Shown here: piece by piece, positions 8,039 to 17,999 of the stretch
Layout of the letters: the number at the start of each line of letters is the position of its first letter
Numbering within the stretch: position 1 is the stretch's first letter
IMG/VR virus record: IMGVR_UViG_3300005805_000047
Coordinates: 1-64,000 of that record
Strand: one strand, 5' to 3'
DNA length: 64,000 nucleotides
Source of the DNA: a virus
Program-made: the position numbers and the translations under genes
The notes under the pieces: generated by a model
Databases searched by the model: none
Told to the model about the DNA's origin: nothing
Seen by the model: only the letters and a program-made list of their open reading frames with translations

Positions 8039-10048
8039 TTACTGGTAGCGCATTTCCATCGGATAGTGGTTGTAAGCCGGCAATGTGTAGCCAGTTGAAA
8101 CACCATATGTTGCTTGGTTGTTCTGGTAACCAGAAATAAAGCTTCGTCCATCTCTGAAAATCCACTGAACCGTAAACCATGCGTTTGTCGAACCCGACTC
8201 GCCGTGTCTAAACACGATGTCTACGAGACCTTGACCGAAGTTCGGAAGACCGAACGTGATTTCTCGGCATGGAAGGTTTTGTGTCCACTGTTGGTCAACG
8301 CGACGATCTGCTCCGTATGTGCAGCCAACTCCGCCACCCCAGTAGCCAGCGAACGCATAGCGATCCTGACCGGTTGTTGCGTCATAAGCCTTGAAGAACG
8401 TGTAGAAGCTGCCGGACGACGCATCATCTGTTGTGCCGTACGCATTTGCGAACGACCAGACATAACGCATGTTGCCCTGGAAACCTGATGGCAAACCAGT
8501 AACTTCAACCGGTTGAGCACGATGCGTTGTGTCGTTGATGAATCCGAGTTGCTGGTTTCTGTTGTCACCCCAAGCGTACAGGTGGCCGCTTGTTGTGATT
8601 CCGAAAACGGAAGCCCATGAGGATCCGTTTGTGAAATGAATCTGACCCCATGTTCTTGTATCTGGGCAAACAACTTCGATCCAAACAACCTGCGTCTGTG
8701 CGGTAGTTACACCGCCAATACCCAAGTCGCCTCTTTGACCGCGGCCGCAAACATAAAGTCTTCCGGCATTTGTGAGAACCGCTGTCATGCAGTTGAACTG
8801 GTTTGTGTTGCCATCGAATGGCATGAACACTTGGCGAATTGTGTCGCCAGCAACGGTGTTCTGCATGATTGTCTCAAGCTCGGTAAGACGAGTCGGAATG
8901 TTCAGCTGTGTGACGTTGTTGCGTCCAAGGCTGTTCGAGACTGGGTTGCCCCAACCCCAAATCTGGCCGTTGTCCAACCAAGCGATTGCGACCGAGTCGG
9001 CACCTTCTGGTTTCTGTCTCCACTGGAAACCAACAACCTGTGCTGTCGTTCCCCATTGGGTCTGACCAATGTTTACCCAGGTTGTGCGGTTTACGGTGTC
9101 ATTTTGGCCGAGGATTCCCTCAACGTTGTAGCCAGAACCAAACAAACGACCATCAAGTGTTCTAACGATCACAGTTTGTGATGGGTTATTCGTGTACATG
9201 TTGTTTGCATGACGGAAGTGAACGCCAGTTGCACGACGGCCAGTAGATGGACCGAAGTAGGCAGAACGCTTGAATACCGTGCTTCTTACGGTGGTGCCTT
9301 CGCCCCATTCACCAGATGCATTCAATCCAGCCCAGTACAGGTTGCCCTTTGTCGTTACGACAACTGCACCATATGACCATGCTGAGACATATGCAAAGAA
9401 TTCATCTGAGTCAAGCGCAGTGTCAAACTGGCAGTAGTTGAACACAACCGAGTAACGAGTTCCTGGGTATGTCACTGTCGACATTTGATCGTCGTAGTGG
9501 TTGTTACCCATCGATCCGCCGTAGTTGTAACCGGAAACTTTCACAGCTTTACGATCTGGCGTGATGTAGTAGAAGTTGCGGTTGCCGCTTCCTGCGGCAC
9601 CTTCGGCCTGGATATCAAAAGCAACATGCGACAAGTAGCGATTGAACTGCTCGCCCGGGTACCAAACGGTTGTTCCGTCTGTTACGGCAGATGTTCCAAC
9701 GTATGGAATCGAGTTTGGACGGCCAGCTCTTGGTCTCCAAACTGGTGCAGTGCTCTTTCCGGTGCTTGTTAGAACAAGTCCCGGCTCTCCGTAAGAAACG
9801 CCAGTTACGCCACCAGTACCGCGAACGAGAACTTGGTTATTTGAAGCAGAGGCATTTGCCGAGGTTCCAACAACGTCAAACGATGCCGCATCAGCATCAA
9901 ACAGGCCAGCAGAGGCATATGTCTTGTCGGCCTTGCACACATAGACGACATTGCCATTGAAGCCGACATCGAGAGCCTTGAACGACGCAATTGAAGCGAA
10001 GTTACCGACCCAGTTGAAGCGGACTTTTCCGAGGTTGACTGTTGCCAT
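8039..10048 (-). CDS. second RCC1-repeat tail fibre/receptor-binding protein
   Basis: MATVNLGKVRFNWVG N-terminus similar to neighbouring fibres; LYWAGLNASGEWG, LFGSGYNVEGILG, LYVCGRGQRGDLG, LYAWGDNRNQQLG. Confidence 0.8.
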   Translation of the reverse strand: MATVNLGKVRFNWVGNFASIASFKALDVGFNGNVVYVCKADKTYASAGLFDADAASFDVVGTSANASASNNQVLVRGTGGVTGVSYGEPGLVLTSTGKSTAPVWRPRAGRPNSIPYVGTSAVTDGTTVWYPGEQFNRYLSHVAFDIQAEGAAGSGNRNFYYITPDRKAVKVSGYNYGGSMGNNHYDDQMSTVTYPGTRYSVVFNYCQFDTALDSDEFFAYVSAWSYGAVVVTTKGNLYWAGLNASGEWGEGTTVRSTVFKRSAYFGPSTGRRATGVHFRHANNMYTNNPSQTVIVRTLDGRLFGSGYNVEGILGQNDTVNRTTWVNIGQTQWGTTAQVVGFQWRQKPEGADSVAIAWLDNGQIWGWGNPVSNSLGRNNVTQLNIPTRLTELETIMQNTVAGDTIRQVFMPFDGNTNQFNCMTAVLTNAGRLYVCGRGQRGDLGIGGVTTAQTQVVWIEVVCPDTRTWGQIHFTNGSSWASVFGITTSGHLYAWGDNRNQQLGFINDTTHRAQPVEVTGLPSGFQGNMRYVWSFANAYGTTDDASSGSFYTFFKAYDATTGQDRYAFAGYWGGGVGCTYGADRRVDQQWTQNLPCREITFGLPNFGQGLVDIVFRHGESGSTNAWFTVQWIFRDGRSFISGYQNNQATYGVSTGYTLPAYNHYPMEMRYQ

Positions 10049-10061
10049 TTTGTTTTATCTC

Positions 10062-13000
10062 CTATGCCAGTTGCAATATGCCTGATGATGTAACCGACGG
10101 TGCCATCGTTGCTGGCAGCAATGCGTGCTCAACAAATGTACCACAGTCATAAACCGGGTCATCTGTACCCACATTAGCCGTCAGTTCACCAGTCGAATAA
10201 TTGATTGAGAAGCCCAAAAACACTGGACCAACCTCGTGGACACCCGACGAAGTCTTGAATGTCAGGTTTTTCGTAGCCGTACTATAGCTGGCTTGACCAA
10301 CTGTTGACGTTGAAAGGGCCGTTGTTGCAGCCGCTGTGTTGGCCGCGTCATTCGTAAGCACAGCTCCAAGAACGCTTCCAGTTGCAAGATTTGTGTACTT
10401 GAGACCGGTTGCAGTGGTCGAATCCGCCTGCAAGAAGGTGTTGTTATCACCAACAGTGAGTGATGTCACCGAATCAGCCGCATCTCCAACAATCAGGTCG
10501 CCCTTAGCATTGGAAATGCTTTCTGCAATCACATTTGAGCTGTTTACTTGGATTGAAGTAGCTACACTGATCGTGGCCGCTTCAAGGTTGTCCACCTCGA
10601 CACTGTCAAGAACGGCATCGGCGAAGTCGACTGTTTGTGTCGGCTTTGCATCAAGGTCCTTGAAGAACTTCCAGTGACCGTCTGAAGCGTCTTTGACAAG
10701 ACCTGAGTACTTGGCTCGTGCAGAAACTGTTGCGGTTCCCGAAGTTCCAGTTTCTGCAAAGTCAGCTGTATCTACAGCGAATTCAAACGTTGTCGTAGTC
10801 GGTGTTGCTGTAATAAGGTGCTGACCGTTCAGTGCCGCAAGTGAACCAGCAATTGTGACGAAGTCGCCAACCTGGAAATTGTGAGCAGCTGAAGTTGTCA
10901 TTGTTGCGACGTTGGAAACAACTTCGCGCAACGACAAGTTTCTTACGATTGATTCGGCGAGCGGGAATGCTGCCTCACCAACGAATGCAAAGTCAAGAAC
11001 GTTTGCAGGGTTTGGTGACGCAACATAGATCATCGGGTCGCTTACTGCGAGGTTGTTGGTTTCGAAGGTTGTTCCTTCTCCAGCAACCGTGATCTGGCCC
11101 TGAATGTTTACGTTTCCTACGATGTCGGTATTTCCGGCAACGTTCAAATTGCCTTGGATTCCAACACCACCAACGACAGTGAATGCACCAGTTGACGGAC
11201 TGATTGATTCTGTGGCAATTTCTACGTGTACGTTCTGGAATGGTGTGATAACCATCTGAACTGAGTTGTCACTCAATCCACCAGCACCGAAGACAATCTT
11301 GTTTTCGGAACCATTTGAGCCAGTTGCAAGCACCAGGTTGCCGGAACCAGATGTTCCAGCAGGAGCTTCCATGAAGATGTAGCCGTCATGTCCACCAGTG
11401 ATTGTGAAGTCTGGGTCATTGAATGCGGCCGACGTGATACCCATGTCGATCCAACCGGAGTCATCGGTTCCGATGTCTGCATAAGCAAGGAAGTCCGTTG
11501 ATGAGTTTCCGGCTGTTCCAATGTTGCGGAATGCAATCTGCGCAAAGTCATCCGTGTCTGCTTGGAATGCAGCAATCGGGAATGTGAGTGTTTCTGCAAA
11601 CGCTGCTGCGCCGTCACCAACCGCAATGAAGTCAAGACCGCTAAGGTCAAAGTTTCCTTCAACGTTCAAGTCTCCCTGAATGTTGAGGTTTCCTTGGACA
11701 CCAACGCCACCCTGTACGGTGAGTGCACCAGTTGACGAGCTTGTGGACTCGGTAGCAATTTCGATGTGGACGTTCTGATCTGGGGTGATCGTCATCTGCT
11801 CGGTTCCGGTAGCAAAACCACCGGCCGCGAAAACAATCTTGTTGTCGGTTCCCTTGTCGCCTGTGGCAAATACAAGGTTTCCGGTTCCACCTTCAGTTGC
11901 AGCATCTTCTTCTGCTTCGTAGAAGATGTATGCAGTGTTGCCACCTGTCAGAGTAAATGCTGGGTCACCGAAATCTTTTCCTGTGACACCCATCGATACC
12001 CAACCGGCGGAGTCTGTTCCGTTTGATGAGTAAGCAATGATGTCTGTTGACGATGTTGGATCTTTGTGGCGGAACGCTATTTGTGCGAACGATTCTTTGT
12101 CTGTCTGGCCATCGTCATACTGAACAACGAGAGCGGCACTTGTAAGTCCGCCTGCTTCTGTCTCGGCGAAAGCAAGGGCGCCGGGACCCATTTTCTGGGT
12201 TTCGCCCTCAAGATTGACTTCATCCGTCCAAAGAGGATCGGTTCCATCTGTCGTAAGAACTTTATTTTCGTTGGTGTTTTGTGCAGGCAGATAGTCAGCA
12301 CCCTGTGCGTAGACATCCCAGTTGGCAGCGTCGCCAGCAAATGTTGCTCCAGCAACATGGTCTGCTGTTGCAATATATGTTGTTACACCATCAAACGCAA
12401 GGTCTCCGATGAGGTATGTCTGAGCTGTTGCCCATGTTCCTCGCCAACGTGTTCCTGCATTGAAAAGTTCAAGGTTGCCATCATTGAGGTCATCGGCAAA
12501 ATCTGCTGCTGACTCATGGCGGGCGAGAACGATGTACGTTTGACCGCCGTGACGAACGAGGTCATCAATTTCGTATTGAATTCCATCGTCCCAGTTGCCG
12601 CGATACGACAAACCAACTGCTTGTACGGCCCATGGGTTTGTTGCTGGAAGAATGTAAGCGTCATCAGGTCTTTGACCTAGTGAAACGTGCTCAAGCGCGC
12701 GATATGTGCGACTGCCGACTGTTACTGTGTCGTTGAGGAAGTACTCTTCATCTGGGTCGTATTCTCCGCGAGCGTTTGTTCCCGGAGCAAAAAGGTCCCA
12801 GTCCGCTGCTGTTTCAACATCTCCCGGAACGTCACCAGTAGTGTCTCTCTTGGCAATAAATACGTTTCCACCAAGTCGAACAACGTCGCCCTCTTGGTAG
12901 GCAGTTGTTGAGCTCCACTCACCTTCCCAGTTGAAACCTTCAAGGAATTTTTCCCATTTAGCTGGGTCATCGTCTGGTTGAACACCGACCGAATGATCAA

Positions 13001-13271
13001 TTGCGCTATACAAAAGTCCACCGTAGTTGACGATGTCACCAACGATGTAGGTTTCTGCAGAGTTCCACTGGCCGCGGAAGTTGTAGCCCTCAAGCATGAG
13101 TGACCAGTGGCTTGTTTGGGTCGGAAGAATCGCGGCAGCATTGGTGGCGTTCTTGTAGACGTAGAGGTTACCGCCGTAGCGAACTACGTCATTGACCTTG
13201 TATGTCGTGGCAGTGCTGTACGTGCCAAGGAACTGTAGGCGAATCCTACCAAGATCAATCAACTGTGGCAT
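10062..13271 (-). CDS. long tail fibre protein with ~6 [WY]xxxxxYxx[GN]DxV repeats and an internal duplication
   Basis: Repeats such as GQWNSAETYIVGDIVNYGG and GEWSSTTAYQEGDVVRLGG; two copies of FAQIAFR..SSTD..GNLV.ATG..NKIVF.AGG..QNVH.EIATES. Confidence 0.8.
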   Translation of the reverse strand: MPQLIDLGRIRLQFLGTYSTATTYKVNDVVRYGGNLYVYKNATNAAAILPTQTSHWSLMLEGYNFRGQWNSAETYIVGDIVNYGGLLYSAIDHSVGVQPDDDPAKWEKFLEGFNWEGEWSSTTAYQEGDVVRLGGNVFIAKRDTTGDVPGDVETAADWDLFAPGTNARGEYDPDEEYFLNDTVTVGSRTYRALEHVSLGQRPDDAYILPATNPWAVQAVGLSYRGNWDDGIQYEIDDLVRHGGQTYIVLARHESAADFADDLNDGNLELFNAGTRWRGTWATAQTYLIGDLAFDGVTTYIATADHVAGATFAGDAANWDVYAQGADYLPAQNTNENKVLTTDGTDPLWTDEVNLEGETQKMGPGALAFAETEAGGLTSAALVVQYDDGQTDKESFAQIAFRHKDPTSSTDIIAYSSNGTDSAGWVSMGVTGKDFGDPAFTLTGGNTAYIFYEAEEDAATEGGTGNLVFATGDKGTDNKIVFAAGGFATGTEQMTITPDQNVHIEIATESTSSSTGALTVQGGVGVQGNLNIQGDLNVEGNFDLSGLDFIAVGDGAAAFAETLTFPIAAFQADTDDFAQIAFRNIGTAGNSSTDFLAYADIGTDDSGWIDMGITSAAFNDPDFTITGGHDGYIFMEAPAGTSGSGNLVLATGSNGSENKIVFGAGGLSDNSVQMVITPFQNVHVEIATESISPSTGAFTVVGGVGIQGNLNVAGNTDIVGNVNIQGQITVAGEGTTFETNNLAVSDPMIYVASPNPANVLDFAFVGEAAFPLAESIVRNLSLREVVSNVATMTTSAAHNFQVGDFVTIAGSLAALNGQHLITATPTTTTFEFAVDTADFAETGTSGTATVSARAKYSGLVKDASDGHWKFFKDLDAKPTQTVDFADAVLDSVEVDNLEAATISVATSIQVNSSNVIAESISNAKGDLIVGDAADSVTSLTVGDNNTFLQADSTTATGLKYTNLATGSVLGAVLTNDAANTAAATTALSTSTVGQASYSTATKNLTFKTSSGVHEVGPVFLGFSINYSTGELTANVGTDDPVYDCGTFVEHALLPATMAPSVTSSGILQLA

Positions 13272-13549
13272 TACGAAACCTCCATTACAAGATTAGACGA
13301 TGTAGCCGTTTCCCAAGTGAAATCCAGATACTTTTTGGAAGAAATCCATGTTTGGTAGTCATCCACTGAAATACTTAAAGGATTGGGAATTGATATTATC
13401 TCATCATTTTCAATGACCTCAAAGTAGGCCACGCCAGTGGCAGGGTTATACCTCAAACCATAGAAAATGCGACCGTATAGTTCGGTGAGACTGGCTGGCT
13501 CAACCACTACCGGATCTTCCATTAATTGGGTTATGTGAACTTCGGCCAT
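13271..13549 (-). CDS. small tail-associated hypothetical protein
   Basis: TAATG-coupled to both neighbours in the tail operon. Confidence 0.65.
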   Translation of the reverse strand: MAEVHITQLMEDPVVVEPASLTELYGRIFYGLRYNPATGVAYFEVIENDEIISIPNPLSISVDDYQTWISSKKYLDFTWETATSSNLVMEVS

Positions 13550-13884
13550 TATTCACCCTCGACAATCTTGTCAGTCTTTAGCCCAACACAGGCAAAAGAT
13601 ACGACTGGGTGCGAAGACTTCACATAAAGCGCATGATCGTCAGCCAGAGTAAGTTTTTTGGTCTCAAATGTTGTATTTCCGCCAACAATTTGATCCTTAA
13701 CAAAATACATGTATTCGGACTCTGTATCGCCTACTGCTTTGGCATAGACGGATACCCGAGCATCTCCCATGCCCGTATTGGCGCAGGTTACTGACAGGAA
13801 GTAGTCGTATGCTGCGCTTTCTGCAAGAAGTTGAGTCTCAACACCACCTGCTGGGGTGCTGTTACCAAAGTATTCAACAGGCAT
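13549..13884 (-). CDS. small tail-associated beta-rich protein
   Basis: Start taken at MPVEYF, a TAATG overlap with the upstream stop. Confidence 0.65.
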   Translation of the reverse strand: MPVEYFGNSTPAGGVETQLLAESAAYDYFLSVTCANTGMGDARVSVYAKAVGDTESEYMYFVKDQIVGGNTTFETKKLTLADDHALYVKSSHPVVSFACVGLKTDKIVEGE

Positions 13885-14129
13885 TAGTTGCTCCCCATCA
13901 TCCAAGAGGAGATCATTGCTACAGTGCCTTCGTCTGCTCCGCTACTACCACCACCGCCGCCGCCAGAAGGTGCTCTGGCAACAAATTTCTGCTGGGCAGC
14001 CAAATAAGTCAGAGTCATCAAGTTGGTGGCACCAGAAGGGTCAATGGTTACACCGTTGACCGTAATTTCGCCATCAATTGTGGCATCGCCAGCAACCTCA
14101 ATGTCAGTGAGAAATCGTTGTTTAGCCAT
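13884..14129 (-). CDS. small tail-fibre-associated protein
   Basis: 81 aa with a Gly linker, coupled to neighbours. Confidence 0.6.
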   Translation of the reverse strand: MAKQRFLTDIEVAGDATIDGEITVNGVTIDPSGATNLMTLTYLAAQQKFVARAPSGGGGGGSSGADEGTVAMISSWMMGSN

Positions 14130-14132
14130 CGG

Positions 14133-15629
14133 TTACCCCGACACGACTACGCGATAAGCTCCGGTCGCCGGCGCATCGGTGAAAGAAACCGTAACTCTGT
14201 TTGCATTGGTTCTAACCACATCAGCAAAAACTGTGTCATATGTTGCAGTGTCATAGATCTGAACATTGACATCGCGGGTACCAAAGTTATGGTCAATGGG
14301 GTAGGAGTTGAGTATGCCGTCGCCAATTGTCTGAGAGGCAACCCTTCCAAGAACCGGTGTATCAACCGTAAAGGTTCCAGCCGTGTAACCAAGATTAATT
14401 CTTGCATCAGAAGCTGTGCTTGCTCCAGTACCACCATGGAGTACGGCAACATCTGTAGCCGCCCAGGTACCAGTCGAAATAGTCCCAAGCGTCGTAATTG
14501 AGGACTGACCGACATATGTGGAGGCAATGTCAACCGAACCAGTAGTAACACTGATTCTGTCGCTTGTTCCAACGACATCAATTGTGTTGCCTGTCTTGGT
14601 TAAACCGTTTCCAGCAATGCTTTGTCCAGCAGATGAGAACTGTGTAAACTCAAGCGAAGTTGTACCAAGAACAATTGGGCGGTTGGTTGTCAAAACCCAG
14701 CCCGAATCACCCCAGTCATCACCTTGCTCAACGAATACGAACATGCCCGGACCGACTTCTTCATCGCTATCTGCATCCGTTGCCCTAATCCATGGGCCGG
14801 TTTCCTTGGCGATATAGATGCCGTTGTCGGCCATAATGTTTTGGCCACGCACCAGCACTCTGTCGTTGTTCTGAACTTGGACACCGTCAATAATTGGCAA
14901 AGTCATTAGTGGGGAGAGGTTGTTGTTGAGAACAACCCTCACCGACTCTTTGACATCAAGACCAGAGCGAGCGGCATCAACATAGTTTTTTGTTGCAGCA
15001 TCTTGCGGATCCTGTGGTTCTGCCAGACCAGTTATTCTTTGTCCATTGAAACTTACATTGGCAGTTGGTGATGTCATTTGGTCGAGGCGATTTGCCCTAA
15101 CTCTGAGATCTGTGAAGTAGAGGTTGGTGTCGCCCTCGGCAAGGTCATCGGTGTCGTGGTTGGAGATATCAGAAACTTGACCAGTAACATCGCCGGTAAG
15201 GTCACCAAGAACATTTCCCGTGAGGTTCGCAGTTATTGTTCCTGCACTGAAGTCCCCGTTGGCATTTCTTTGAACGAGCTTATTTGCAACGTTGGATGCA
15301 GTTGAGTCGTCAAGTTTGGCTTTATCTGTTGCCGAAATCAAACCAGCTACAGAGGTTGTGGCTTCTGCTATGGATAGTCCGAAGTTTCCATCTGTCTCGG
15401 TTGCAGTAAGTGCAGTGGTGCTTGAGGTGATACCCCTGACCACTTTTCTCCAAACACCAGCACCAGCGCCAGTTGGGATGTAGTAATACTTAAGTGTGCC
15501 CTCAGTGGAGTTGTAGTAAACGCGACCATTAAAGTTCCCATTGAGCGGGTCTTCTGCAAGAACCTGGAACCGACCGTTGAGGATTTGGTTCTGATTGAGA
15601 TCTAAATTGGTTACAAATTTTGTAGCCAT
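14133..15629 (-). CDS. tail fibre protein
   Basis: QDAATKNYVD, KESVRV, DRVLVRGQ..DNGIY, WIRATDAD, LAEGDTNLYFT fibre signatures. Confidence 0.8.
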   Translation of the reverse strand: MATKFVTNLDLNQNQILNGRFQVLAEDPLNGNFNGRVYYNSTEGTLKYYYIPTGAGAGVWRKVVRGITSSTTALTATETDGNFGLSIAEATTSVAGLISATDKAKLDDSTASNVANKLVQRNANGDFSAGTITANLTGNVLGDLTGDVTGQVSDISNHDTDDLAEGDTNLYFTDLRVRANRLDQMTSPTANVSFNGQRITGLAEPQDPQDAATKNYVDAARSGLDVKESVRVVLNNNLSPLMTLPIIDGVQVQNNDRVLVRGQNIMADNGIYIAKETGPWIRATDADSDEEVGPGMFVFVEQGDDWGDSGWVLTTNRPIVLGTTSLEFTQFSSAGQSIAGNGLTKTGNTIDVVGTSDRISVTTGSVDIASTYVGQSSITTLGTISTGTWAATDVAVLHGGTGASTASDARINLGYTAGTFTVDTPVLGRVASQTIGDGILNSYPIDHNFGTRDVNVQIYDTATYDTVFADVVRTNANRVTVSFTDAPATGAYRVVVSG

Positions 15630-15638
15630 GAAACTTCC

Positions 15639-16052
15639 TTAGGTCAAGTAAGCGTAACCAGCGAATGCCGATGTAAAGTTTACCCGAATTTCTAGGTCGG
15701 ACACGTAAGTTATTTCTCCTATTACCACAGTTCCAGCACTATCAACTATTACTATCGACGGCCTGCCACCCAATCCATGGTTTATTATCCATTCTGCTGA
15801 TGGACTTGTCTGAACATGCTCATAGCGAGTAACGATTGCACCTGCCGTATAGAAGGGCGGTGGCCAGCCAGTTTCGGTTTTGGGTCCGAAATACTGCTGT
15901 GTGTCAATGTCAATGTAAAAATCGCCAGGCTTACCAACATCATTGTCTGGGGTTCCGCTTCCAGAGAACCAACCACGTCCACGCGGACCGTAGGGACTGT
16001 GAAGTTGGACTATCACCCTGTTGGGTTCGACTGTTACATAGTTGGCTGTCAT
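15639..16052 (-). CDS. tail-associated structural protein
   Basis: GSGTPDNDVGKPGDFYIDIDT..FGPKT and WIINHGLG motifs common in fibre-associated proteins. Confidence 0.65.
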   Translation of the reverse strand: MTANYVTVEPNRVIVQLHSPYGPRGRGWFSGSGTPDNDVGKPGDFYIDIDTQQYFGPKTETGWPPPFYTAGAIVTRYEHVQTSPSAEWIINHGLGGRPSIVIVDSAGTVVIGEITYVSDLEIRVNFTSAFAGYAYLT

Positions 16053-16450
16053 CTGGTTACCTCGTAATCAAACTTAAATTCACCTTTGAGTAACCGAGAG
16101 ACGTATCCGTCCTCGTTGATTATCTCTATGTCGTAGACCCCTCCGCTGGTAAGGGCTGCCGTTTGGGTGTTGGTCATAAAAACCTGAAGGTTGTTGTACT
16201 CTGCCCCAGGAAATGGTTCGTCTGCATAGGGGTTGATGACCAACCCGCCATTTTCGGTTGTTAGGGTTGCTATTGGAGTGGTACTTTCAAGCGTCCTTCT
16301 GACCTGCATTCTGGCCGTATGACCGCGAAGGTCAAATGGCTCATAGGTATTACCAGATGGATCAGCATCAAGGTCTGGTTGTTCAACTTGAATGAGCAGG
16401 TTGAGCACAGCCCCCTGCTGACAGACAATGTTGTATACACCAGCAATCAC
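16049..16450 (-). CDS. baseplate/fibre adaptor-like Ig-fold protein
   Basis: QGA..FDLRGHTARMQVR..GVYDIEI..RLLKGEF pattern. Confidence 0.6.
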   Translation of the reverse strand: MIAGVYNIVCQQGAVLNLLIQVEQPDLDADPSGNTYEPFDLRGHTARMQVRRTLESTTPIATLTTENGGLVINPYADEPFPGAEYNNLQVFMTNTQTAALTSGGVYDIEIINEDGYVSRLLKGEFKFDYEVTR

Positions 16451-16516
16451 TACAAAACACCCCCAGACGCTACTTTAACCCATTGTAGGTCAGGCTGGGT
16501 TTTTTGCCAGCAAGAA

Positions 16517-16732
16517 TCAGACGACGCTGGCTGAGTCCTTGTTTGGACCGACCTTCTTGAGACCCATTGCCATGGCGATTGAGAGAGCAACGGCAACAAC
16601 GCCAACTTTGAGGTTGTCTGACTTGACGAGACCGTCAAAGTCTGCACCAGTGGCAATCCATGCTCCGAGGTAAGCCTGGAGGAAGGTTCGTACGGCTCTT
16701 TCTGCTGTGTCCTTAATGAATTTCATTTCCAT
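16517..16732 (-). CDS. holin (r1t-like)
   Basis: 71 aa, AERAVRTFLQAYLG motif, two hydrophobic segments; AAAGGA RBS before ATG 16732 (shorter than the track ORF). Confidence 0.7.
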   Translation of the reverse strand: MEMKFIKDTAERAVRTFLQAYLGAWIATGADFDGLVKSDNLKVGVVAVALSIAMAMGLKKVGPNKDSASVV

Positions 16733-16781
16733 GTCTGATCCTTTCGATCGTTTGGATAACAACATTTTATCACTTTTGGTA

Positions 16782-17999
16782 TTAGCCAAGGACGTTCTGG
16801 TCAAACACCCCAAAATCAGAGCTATCAAGGATGAAGGCAATTGTGTCCACGGATTCATGAACGAACACAAAACCAGCAGGTCTGGTGGGTTCTGCGGCGG
16901 CCAAGACCGTTGGGCTTTCTGCTCCTGCCACTGCTGCATCTGCCGTCTCGGTGTTGAGTGTGCGAATGCCTATCACCCATGGATCACCCTCATAAACTGG
17001 GGTGACAAGAACCAGTTTATTTCCAGTCAGCACAGTCTTGACTGCCTCCCTGACTGAAGCCCTGCTCCCTGCCGCATGACCATAGGTTTTTGTCTTGACT
17101 TGCCAGCGACGGTAATCAAAAGCATCCGTGTCGTAGAGCTCTTCACCATCAACAAGTATGTTTGATCGCAAACGACTACCGGTGAGCATTGCTCCCCAAT
17201 CCAAATACTCTGAAAGCATTAAATCTGGATCCGTCAATTCGCTTCGTGTCAAAATGTTGTATGGGTGATCGTCAATTCTCACATCGGCATGACCAAGTTC
17301 ATTGTGGTCAAATGTTGAAAGTTGTACATATCTGTCAATAACCTGAGACATGTCTGCCGTCATGGAGTGATACAGTTTTGCAACTGGTCGTGTGGGGTTT
17401 TCGCTGTCCAAGTCAACATCCCTGACAATATCCGGAATGTACGGAAAGCTGTTTTGTGATATCTGATTAAATTTCTCAGGCATTGACAATGTCAGGCACG
17501 GGCAAGACAAATAAACAGACTTTGTATTGTCTGTTGCCATAACTATCGTTATCGACACGTCTGCATATGGAAAATCATCGTTCCCGAATGTATATTCATT
17601 GGAATAAATGGCATTCCAAATACCAGCCTCTAGGGTTTGGGTATTCGGAGTCACCCCCGTGTATGAAATTGCTGGTGGGTGTATGTAGGTTGAGACCTGT
17701 ATATCCGAATCTGTATAAACCATTCCATTGAACACCAGTGCCTCTTTGATGTGTGGCCACGAAACCTCTGTTTGGGTAAGCCTTATAATCGTGTTCAGGG
17801 ATGCCGAGTTGGTCAGTTTGAGCGAGTACCGATCGGCTCGGTAGAAAAAATCCTCAACGACAGAAAAGGTTGCAGGGGAATCAGCAATCCATGTCTGATT
17901 CTTGATAGTTGTAAGTGGTATTTTTGTTCCAGCGAAATCAAATCGTCGCAAAGCATTGCTTGGTGACAGTAAATTCTGCTGAGCAATTTTTAGCCTCAC
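16782..17999 (-). CDS. baseplate wedge protein (P2 gpI-like C-terminal region)
   Basis: Follows gpJ; GSRASVREAVKTVL...EPTRPAG motif. Confidence 0.6.
   Translation of the reverse strand: MRLKIAQQNLLSPSNALRRFDFAGTKIPLTTIKNQTWIADSPATFSVVEDFFYRADRYSLKLTNSASLNTIIRLTQTEVSWPHIKEALVFNGMVYTDSDIQVSTYIHPPAISYTGVTPNTQTLEAGIWNAIYSNEYTFGNDDFPYADVSITIVMATDNTKSVYLSCPCLTLSMPEKFNQISQNSFPYIPDIVRDVDLDSENPTRPVAKLYHSMTADMSQVIDRYVQLSTFDHNELGHADVRIDDHPYNILTRSELTDPDLMLSEYLDWGAMLTGSRLRSNILVDGEELYDTDAFDYRRWQVKTKTYGHAAGSRASVREAVKTVLTGNKLVLVTPVYEGDPWVIGIRTLNTETADAAVAGAESPTVLAAAEPTRPAGFVFVHESVDTIAFILDSSDFGVFDQNVLG

Noticed and set aside
16477-16505. AACCCA...TGGGTTTTTT as an intrinsic terminator
   Set aside because: The stem is short with a long loop, and the U-tract is on the strand opposite to the operon.
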